Positions 57,661 through 64,000 of a stretch of DNA of 64,000 nucleotides are shown here, piece after piece. The stretch comes from Thermodesulfovibrionales bacterium (lineage in GTDB: Bacteria > Nitrospirota > Thermodesulfovibrionia > Thermodesulfovibrionales > SM23-35): NCBI GenBank assembly GCA_041658585.1, contig JBAZZX010000008.1, forward strand, positions 15,365 to 79,364. Reading direction: 5' to 3'. Positions within the stretch are counted from its first letter, which is position 1. Each line of letters starts with the position of its first letter. The position numbers and the translations under genes are program-made. Under the pieces are notes generated by a model that saw only the letters and a list, made by a program, of their open reading frames with translations, was not told the DNA's origin and made no database searches.

Positions 57661-60330
57661 ATGGTTAAAAAAGTTATTCCGGAAATATTTTTAAAATCCG
57701 CCGGGGAATATAAGGACAACATTGCCTTCAACTATTTCGATCGGGAATGGAAAAGCATTAAGTACCATGAGCTTCTGAGCAATACCAAAGCGATTGCATC
57801 CTATCTCATTAATAACGGCATTCAAAAAGGCGACAGGGTTGCAGTCCATTCTGAAAACAGGCCCGAATGGTGCACGGCATATCTGGCGCTGTCTATGTCA
57901 GGCGGCATAGGCGTACCGATTGATGTACAGCTTGGTCCGAATGAAATAAAAAACCTGCTTGATGATTCCGAAGCAAAGGTCATATTCCACAGTTCTAAAA
58001 CGGAAGAAAATGTTACAAAAGCATTAAAACAACCCGGCAAGCCGCAAGTTGTTCAAATAAATTTTGACTCACCTGAGTTCAATAAAATCCTGCAGACGCC
58101 CGATATAGGCAAATATCCGGACATTTCAGAGGAAGACCTTGCATCTATCATCTATACCTCCGGCACGACCGGCAAACCAAAAGGGGTTATGCTTACCCAT
58201 AAAAATTTCTGTTCGGACGCCGATGCGCTTATTGAGGCGGGGATCCTTTCGCATGATGACAGTGTTATTTCAGTGCTTCCATTGCATCATACCTATCCTT
58301 TTTTGGGCAATTGCATCCTGCCCGTTTTTTTAGGAACAGCCATCACCTATCCTCAAAGCCTGAAAGGTCCCGATCTTATGGCCGCGATGAGGGATTTCGG
58401 CGTGACCATGCTTGTCAGTGTGCCTCAGTTGCTTGAATTGATACGAAACGGTATTTTCAACAAGATCAGGCAATTGCCCGGACCGCTGCCTAAAATAATG
58501 TTCAGGATATTGAATATCTCGGGAACGCTGAGAAGAAAATTCGACATAAACCTCGGCAAGGTTGTTTTTAAATCAGTCCACAGGTCCCTCGGCGAGAAGT
58601 TCAGGTTCTCCGCCTGCGGCGGCGCAAAGCTCGACCCGCAGGTGATGAAAGACCTTGAGGCGCTTGGGTTGACAATACTTGAAGGGTACGGCCTTACAGA
58701 GACGTCTCCGGTTGTCGCCTTTAATCCGATTGAAAAGAGGAAACCGGCTTCCGTAGGGAAGCCTTTACCATCGGCAGAGATAAAGATAATCGACCCTGAA
58801 AGCGGTAAAGAGATGGATATTATGCGGGAAGGCGAGATTATTATCAGAGGCCCGATGGTGATGAAAGGATATTACAAAAACCCGGAAGCAACCTCGGATG
58901 TTCTAAAAGACGGCTGGTTCCACAGCGGAGATCTCGGGTACATTGATAATGACGGCTATATCTTTATAACCGGCAGGATAAAAGAGGTGATTGTTTTAAG
59001 CTCGGGGAAGAATATCTATCCCGATGAAGTCGAAAAACAGTATCTGAAAATACCGTTGATCAAAGAGATATGCGTAATGGGAGTCGAGGAGAAAGGAATG
59101 ATCGAATCCCTTCAGGCGGTTATCGTTCCGGATACGGAATATGCCAAAACAGCGCAGATCAGCCATATACAGGAAGCCCTGAAATGGGAGATAAATAATG
59201 CTTCTACCCATCTGCCGTCATACATGAGGCTTAAAGGATACACTCTGTATCCCGAACCTCTGCCAAGGACTCCGCTTGGAAAACTCCGGAGGTTTATGGT
59301 CAAAGACTTGTTACAAGCTAAGGACAAGGAGCAGAGAGAGAAGAGCGAAGATCAAAGCCTGATACAAGATGAAATAGGTGGAAAAGTAGCCGAATGTATC
59401 CGGCCTCTTTTAAAAGAAAAAATTCCTATTCAGGCAACGGACAATCTTGAGCTTGATCTCGGGCTCGACTCATTGGCCAAGATCGAACTTGTCGTTATGC
59501 TCGAAAAGGTTTTCTCGATGAAACTGCCTGAAACCCTGACTGCGGAGGCGCAGACGGTTGCAGAATTAATTGTGAGGATTAAGGAATATGACTCCGGTGG
59601 AATCAGATCCGTTAATAAGATGCCGGCCTGGAAAGATATTTTAACGACCGAACCTCCTTTTGATGACAAAAAAAAGGTCGGGTTTCATCACAATTCATTT
59701 GACCGGCTGATTATATTCATGGGGCTGCAATTGGCAAAGATCGTCTCGAAAATATTTTTCAGCCTGATAACCGAAGGTCTTCAAAATATACCGGCACAAG
59801 GGCCGTATATCATCACCCCGAACCACGCGAGCTATCTCGACGCCTTTGCAGTTGTTTCGGGAATGCCGTCAAAAACATTCAGGGACTTATATACCCTGGG
59901 CATTCAGAAATATTTTACCGGAAGAGCCGGGAAATCCTTTGCAAAGCTTGCCAACGTTATACCTATCGACCAGGAAAAATATCTCAATAAAGCCCTGCAG
60001 ATGTCATCATATGTATTAAGAAACGGGAAATCGCTTCTGATTTTCCCTGAAGGAGGCAGGTCCTTTGACGGGGAACTTATGGAGTTCAAGAAAGGCGTAG
60101 GCATACTCGCCCTAGAGTTGAATATACCTGTCATACCTGCATATATCGAAGGCTCTTTTGAAGCCTTGCCGAGGAGTGCAAAATGGCCCAAATTCAGGCA
60201 GATAAAGGTAGCCTTTGGGAAACCGTTATTTCCATACAATGCAGATATGTTGAAGAAACCGGCGGGTACTGATAACTACCAATTCTTTGTCAATGCACTG
60301 AAGGAGCGGGTGAAAAGCTTAAGAAGTTAA
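57661..60330 (+). CDS. tri-domain fusion: AMP-dependent acyl ligase + acyl-carrier (PP-binding) domain + PlsC-type acyltransferase
   Basis: AMP-binding IIYTSGTTGKPKGV, the carrier motif LGLDSLAKIEL, and acyltransferase motifs NHASYLD and FPEGGRS. Confidence 0.85.
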   Translation: MVKKVIPEIFLKSAGEYKDNIAFNYFDREWKSIKYHELLSNTKAIASYLINNGIQKGDRVAVHSENRPEWCTAYLALSMSGGIGVPIDVQLGPNEIKNLLDDSEAKVIFHSSKTEENVTKALKQPGKPQVVQINFDSPEFNKILQTPDIGKYPDISEEDLASIIYTSGTTGKPKGVMLTHKNFCSDADALIEAGILSHDDSVISVLPLHHTYPFLGNCILPVFLGTAITYPQSLKGPDLMAAMRDFGVTMLVSVPQLLELIRNGIFNKIRQLPGPLPKIMFRILNISGTLRRKFDINLGKVVFKSVHRSLGEKFRFSACGGAKLDPQVMKDLEALGLTILEGYGLTETSPVVAFNPIEKRKPASVGKPLPSAEIKIIDPESGKEMDIMREGEIIIRGPMVMKGYYKNPEATSDVLKDGWFHSGDLGYIDNDGYIFITGRIKEVIVLSSGKNIYPDEVEKQYLKIPLIKEICVMGVEEKGMIESLQAVIVPDTEYAKTAQISHIQEALKWEINNASTHLPSYMRLKGYTLYPEPLPRTPLGKLRRFMVKDLLQAKDKEQREKSEDQSLIQDEIGGKVAECIRPLLKEKIPIQATDNLELDLGLDSLAKIELVVMLEKVFSMKLPETLTAEAQTVAELIVRIKEYDSGGIRSVNKMPAWKDILTTEPPFDDKKKVGFHHNSFDRLIIFMGLQLAKIVSKIFFSLITEGLQNIPAQGPYIITPNHASYLDAFAVVSGMPSKTFRDLYTLGIQKYFTGRAGKSFAKLANVIPIDQEKYLNKALQMSSYVLRNGKSLLIFPEGGRSFDGELMEFKKGVGILALELNIPVIPAYIEGSFEALPRSAKWPKFRQIKVAFGKPLFPYNADMLKKPAGTDNYQFFVNALKERVKSLRS

Positions 60331-60351
60331 GAAGTTGCGAGGTTGTTTGTA

Positions 60352-61032
60352 TTACAAGGCCAAAAGATTCAATGATTGCAAAAGATTCATATGGTCCGAC
60401 AAATCCTTTAACACATAATCCGCCTTTGCTTCTGTCAGCTCGTCCATGGAATACGGGCCGGTAGCCACGCCGATACAGACGGCGCCGTAGATATGGGCGC
60501 ATTCGACATCGCGGGGGGTATCGCCGATCACGATGCTTTTTTCAATATCTATCCTTTTATCAAACATTTCCTCAAACCTGTTTACTGCAAACGGCAAAAG
60601 TTTGTTCCTGTCTTCATCGTCGCTTCCAAAGGCCCCTGACGGAAAATATTTATTGAGATCAAAAGGCTCAAGTTTTATCCTTGCGCCCTGTTCAAGATTT
60701 CCAGTGAGAAGTCCTAATCCGATATCTTCAATGGGATTTAATTGCTCCAATATCTCATAAATACCGGGTTTTGTATGTTTTCCGTCATTCCGTATCTCTT
60801 GCCTGAGCTGCAAAAGATAGGCTTCAATAATCGCATCAAAATCGTCCATTGAAAGCCCGTGTTTTATCAAGCCTTCTTTAATTATCTGAGTGTCAGTCTT
60901 GCCCGCCATGCTTATGCCCTGAAAGGCATTGAGAACCGAGAAGACCTTCCTGAATGCAAGATCCAGCGAACGGACCCCTGCCCCGCCCGAATGAATCAAT
61001 GTCCCGTCTATGTCGAAAAGGACCAAGCGCAT
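60352..61032 (-). CDS. HAD-superfamily hydrolase (phosphoglycolate phosphatase-like)
   Basis: Motif I LFDIDGTL, a …GDTPRD… motif III region, and a cap domain in between. Confidence 0.8.
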   Translation of the reverse strand: MRLVLFDIDGTLIHSGGAGVRSLDLAFRKVFSVLNAFQGISMAGKTDTQIIKEGLIKHGLSMDDFDAIIEAYLLQLRQEIRNDGKHTKPGIYEILEQLNPIEDIGLGLLTGNLEQGARIKLEPFDLNKYFPSGAFGSDDEDRNKLLPFAVNRFEEMFDKRIDIEKSIVIGDTPRDVECAHIYGAVCIGVATGPYSMDELTEAKADYVLKDLSDHMNLLQSLNLLAL

Positions 61033-61146
61033 GAATTATTGTAACCTTTACTGTATTTCTCTCTCAAGCTTTAAAGAAAACTTCTGTAAAAAAAGGGCGA
61101 GATTTTTAGCCCACCCTTTTTTATTACGCTATGAAAGAATTATTAT

Positions 61147-62427
61147 TTACTTTTTATGCGTTGCCCTCATTGTTTGCGCAAGTTCCTTGATTTCTCCAAG
61201 GTCTTTTACCATCATTGCCCAGCCATACCAATATGCATAATCAGGATTGACATGGAAGAAAGCCTGATATGTTCTCATGCGGTGCTTCATATACATCTGG
61301 AACAGTACCTGGTCTATATGTGAAAGCTTATTCGTATCGCCGCCGCCTGTTTGCATGAAGTACAGGAAATCCGGATAAGCAAAGGAATAATTATCAGGCT
61401 TTTTGATGATACCTTCTTTGTATAGACCTGCAACTATCTCTATTGCTTCGGCAAGTAGTCTGTCTGCTTTCTGCATCATGGAGTCACCCATTGCAAGTTG
61501 TTCACGTGCATATCGTGAAGAATGACATTGACTGCAAATCTTTATCATTTTTTCACGTTCGGTTTTCCATGCATCCTCGGTTAAACGAGCCAAATCCACC
61601 GCCTTTACGGCGTCGAGACGGGCGGTAGGTTGCCCCGTTTCCGGATTGAGCACTCCAAGCGCCTTAAGCAGGGTTATCTGGTCCGCTTTCCATTGAGCAT
61701 TTTCAGGCAGCGGCAGCCTCACGCCAAGGAATCCCCAGGCTGTTCTGTTTTCATGGCTGCCATTCGACATATGGCAATCCTGACATTTTGGAGCTTGAGC
61801 GTCTACCGGGAGATTTCCTGAATCCTTAGCGAACCATCTCGATCCATGTTTTGCACTGCTCCACATCTCCCACTGTGGGTGATCATATCCCATATGGCAT
61901 TGCTGACAGGCCCTGGGATCAAGGGCTTCTTTTTTAGAAAATGTATGTCTGGTATGGCATTCATCGCAAGAATTATTTTGATATCGATACCCTTTCGCGC
62001 GTTGCTCTTTTTTCTGGTCCTCGCTTTTGATCCCCATATTATGACAACCACCGCATCCTCTCCCGCCTTCCATAAGCTCATCGGGTTCGACATGAGTGAT
62101 CGGCATAGCATTCAGCGATGTCCAGCCAAAATTGTGTTTTCCTTTTGCAAATTCATCGAACTGTTTTTTGTGGCACTGAGCACAGAGGTGTTCATCCGGA
62201 AATTGGGCAAGTTGAACATTCTGCAGGCCGGTGTGTTTGTCCCCATGGCATGTTGAACAGGTCACCCCCTTCTTGCTATGGTTGCTCGCTTCCCAGTCTT
62301 TCACCATTCCCGGCGTAACACCCCGATGGCAGTTTACACAGGATTCCGTGTCTGCTGATGAAGAATCCGGGAACCCCCAGAATGAGATGAGAAGAGAAAA
62401 TGATACAAGAATGATTAATTTTTTCAT
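61147..62427 (-). CDS. periplasmic octaheme c-type cytochrome, hydroxylamine oxidoreductase (HAO)-like
   Basis: Signal peptide plus eight CxxCH motifs (CVNCH, CSTCH, CAQCH, CGGCH, CDECH, CQQCH, CQDCH, CSQCH). The helical C-terminal domain (…YQAFFHVNPDYAYWYGW…) resembles the HAO family as I recall it. Confidence 0.8.
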   Translation of the reverse strand: MKKLIILVSFSLLISFWGFPDSSSADTESCVNCHRGVTPGMVKDWEASNHSKKGVTCSTCHGDKHTGLQNVQLAQFPDEHLCAQCHKKQFDEFAKGKHNFGWTSLNAMPITHVEPDELMEGGRGCGGCHNMGIKSEDQKKEQRAKGYRYQNNSCDECHTRHTFSKKEALDPRACQQCHMGYDHPQWEMWSSAKHGSRWFAKDSGNLPVDAQAPKCQDCHMSNGSHENRTAWGFLGVRLPLPENAQWKADQITLLKALGVLNPETGQPTARLDAVKAVDLARLTEDAWKTEREKMIKICSQCHSSRYAREQLAMGDSMMQKADRLLAEAIEIVAGLYKEGIIKKPDNYSFAYPDFLYFMQTGGGDTNKLSHIDQVLFQMYMKHRMRTYQAFFHVNPDYAYWYGWAMMVKDLGEIKELAQTMRATHKK

Positions 62428-62702
62428 TGACAGCCTCCTTTTTTAAGTAAAAAATCTCTGCTTTATTATGCTATTCCGGAATGCCTGCTAATACAATTAT
62501 TTCTTTACTATTGCGCTAAAAACTTTTTCCTTATCGATTTTTTCAGGACCTCCTTTAAATTTATTGTTTAATGCTGCACCGTTACTAACGAACTCCACTT
62601 TTTCAATTTTACCACCTTTTCTTTAAAACTTATAGGCCTAATGCCGTTTTGATTTTGTTTTCATGAGATCCAACGATAACTTTATCGCCGATAACAGGTC
62701 AT

Positions 62703-62728
62703 GGGGTCAGGCTTGCCTATTGATATTT
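62703..62728 (+). repeat. dispersed 26-bp motif, copy 4 (GGGGTCAGGCTTGCCTATTGATATTT)
   Basis: Closest to the reverse complement of 10747-10773. It lies just 3' of the truncated transposase fragment. Confidence 0.6.
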
Positions 62729-62758
62729 AGTCCTCTCTTCAGAATTTCAATCACCTTT

Positions 62759-62965
62759 TCAGCTTCGATTTTGTGTCCTGTCCTCGGAGAACATCCTCAG
62801 TACTTGATCCCTATCGATGATACCATCTCCTGATTTTCCTGTATAGCTATTATGGCTGCTCCACCAATACTCCTGCGCTCTTTCAACAACCCTTGCCTTC
62901 ACCGGGTTGAGATGAATGTATTTTACAAGCGATAACAAATACTCATCCCGGTCACAAAGTATTCC
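62759..62965 (-). pseudogene. C-terminal fragment of a Y1 (IS200/RAYT-like) transposase
   Basis: My minus-strand translation reads GILCDRDEYLLSLVKYIHLNPVKARVVERAQEYWWSSHNSYTGKSGDGIIDRDQVLRMF… The YIHLNPV…Y.WSS block is typical of REP-associated Tyr transposases. There is no N-terminal HUH half and no start codon. Confidence 0.6.
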
Positions 62966-62990
62966 TTTATTTTAGACATCCGCAGTTTCT
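62966..62990. repeat. solo copy of the MITE terminal repeat
   Basis: TTTATTTTAGACATCCGCAGTTTCT compared with the terminus at 13235-13258 (ATTTATTTTAGACATCTGCAGTTT). It directly abuts the truncation point of the transposase fragment. Confidence 0.6.
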
Positions 62991-63069
62991 CCGACAGTTT
63001 AAATGTATTTTTCGGGGCAACATACCCCGGTGTTTTTTTATTCAATTTTTTGAGTATAATCTTTCTGTT

Positions 63070-63933
63070 ATGAAAAAACAGGTCAGCATCAGGATGAGAG
63101 CGTCAAAAATAATCCAAAATGCTCGCCTCGGCGAGTCGTCTGGGGCGACAAAACTCAAGACTCAAAACAAAAATATATCGGAAATCCATATCTCCGGGGC
63201 GGAAGGGATATATGAATCGTCTGAGATATTCAGAACGGTTAAAAAATATATTCAAAGGGCTCTAAGGCATCCGAAGGGAGAAGCTGACAGGATTGTAATT
63301 ACCATAGAAACTATTCAGGAAAAGCCTGAAAGCATTTCATCCCTGCCGGTGTCAACGGTTACATGCAACACCCCTGTTGAAGGGAGAAAAATAATCAAAA
63401 AATTACTTCATTCAATTGGGGTATCAAATAAGGCCGTGAATACGGCGTTGTCAATATTGAGAAAAGGCGCTATGCGGGGTGCGGCTATTATTACGGCAGA
63501 AAGCGGACTGCGTCTTGAACCTGACAGGGAACGCGGGGTCAGGGCGTCAAGGCTCGGCATCAGCAAATCGGCGTTAAAACGGCTTAGCGCCGGTCTTTCA
63601 CGCTGCGGGATTAATACCGATATTGTTAGAGAGGCTGTTATCCTTGCATCAAAAGTAGCGGCATCCCGGGAGGTAATAGCGGAATTATGCATGTCCGACG
63701 ACCCAGATTACACGACCGGTTATGTGGCATCGCAAAGGTTCGGGTATATAAGGGTCCCCAATATCAAATTTGTAGCAAACAGGAGCGGCGGCAGGGCCTT
63801 TTTTATCAGGGAAGCCGCAGATGTTGAAAAAATAATAGATTATCTCGAAAGGACCCCTGTCATTATAGATAGTATTTCTCCCTGCCGGGGTGTTACAGGA
63901 ATCGATGAAATCATTGATTGTGTTAATAAGTAA
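63070..63933 (+). CDS. bioW: 6-carboxyhexanoate-CoA ligase (pimeloyl-CoA synthetase)
   Basis: …VSIRMRAS…HISGAEG… and …ELCMSDDPDYTTGYVAS…GY.R… match the B. subtilis BioW blocks (SVRMRAS…HISGGE; ELCWSDDPDYITGYVAG). Confidence 0.85.
   Translation: MKKQVSIRMRASKIIQNARLGESSGATKLKTQNKNISEIHISGAEGIYESSEIFRTVKKYIQRALRHPKGEADRIVITIETIQEKPESISSLPVSTVTCNTPVEGRKIIKKLLHSIGVSNKAVNTALSILRKGAMRGAAIITAESGLRLEPDRERGVRASRLGISKSALKRLSAGLSRCGINTDIVREAVILASKVAASREVIAELCMSDDPDYTTGYVASQRFGYIRVPNIKFVANRSGGRAFFIREAADVEKIIDYLERTPVIIDSISPCRGVTGIDEIIDCVNK
63148..63168 (+). repeat. three phased heptamers inside bioW (ACAAAAC TCAAGAC TCAAAAC)
   Basis: Part of an ~14-residue excess between RMRAS and HISG relative to B. 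subtilis BioW. It is preceded by a small hairpin, CTCGCC-TC-GGCGAG (63122-63135). Confidence 0.6.
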
Positions 63934-64000
63934 TCCGTCGGCCAAAGGAACAACGGACAATAAAATCAGGGCTGCCTGTCATATCCTTGAAGCCGGCGGC
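63905..64000 (+). CDS. diacylglycerol/lipid kinase family protein (YegS/BmrU-like), N-terminal 32 codons only
   Basis: My translation from the ATG at 63905 reads MKSLIVLISNPSAKGTTDNKIRAACHILEAGG, the usual start of DAGK-catalytic-domain lipid kinases. It overlaps the bioW end and runs off the window. Confidence 0.55.
   Translation, partial: MKSLIVLISNPSAKGTTDNKIRAACHILEAGG

Noticed and set aside
61088-61122. A-run/T-run hairpin downstream of the cytochrome gene
   Set aside because: The alternative pairings are only 4-9 bp and mostly A-T, so the structure is ambiguous and is not reported as a terminator.

Overview
A 64-kb stretch of a diderm (Gram-negative) bacterial chromosome, roughly mid-40s %GC by eye. 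It is probably an anaerobe, given tRNA-Sec, radical-SAM genes and an octaheme cytochrome. The lineage cannot be fixed from sequence alone; Nitrospirota- or Thermodesulfobacteriota-like is only a guess. Content is mostly core genes. From left to right: comM/yifB (partial) and gyrA; a large Pho-regulon block (phoU-pstBACS, arsC, two outer-membrane proteins, a SWIB protein, phoBR); lipid A/Kdo genes (lpxK, gnnA/gnnB-like, lpxB, waaA) interleaved with trpEGD; a PAS histidine kinase/LuxR pair; a receiver - Zn-ribbon - sigma-70 module; an overlapping GroES-like-dinG-rmuC operon; a small accessory patch (archaeal-type AGOG glycosylase + wHTH, and a cNMP-Ser/Thr kinase + PPP phosphatase); selC (tRNA-Sec) and an S1 protein; pyrR-pyrB-pyrC-carA-carB with a PyrR attenuator; cobO; an acyl-ligase/ACP/acyltransferase fusion; an HAO-like octaheme cytochrome; bioW. 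I saw no CRISPR array, prophage, rRNA or intact transposase. The signals not explained by ordinary annotation are: (1) short arrays of phased heptanucleotide repeats inserted in frame into at least seven conserved housekeeping genes, with two heptamer families recurring across genes; (2) two copies of a ~200-bp hairpin element whose core is flipped relative to conserved outer flanks, each just upstream of a gene start; (3) a segmental duplication that places a copy of the pstS Pho-box promoter upstream of an orphan outer-membrane protein gene; (4) an uncharacterised three-gene operon (PD-(D/E)xK-like protein, Cys4 mini-protein, 611-aa protein) next to tRNA-Cys and tRNA-Gly; (5) small MITE-like elements and a 26-bp dispersed motif that brackets the kinase/phosphatase cassette. 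All functional calls rest on motif recognition by eye; no database search was run.
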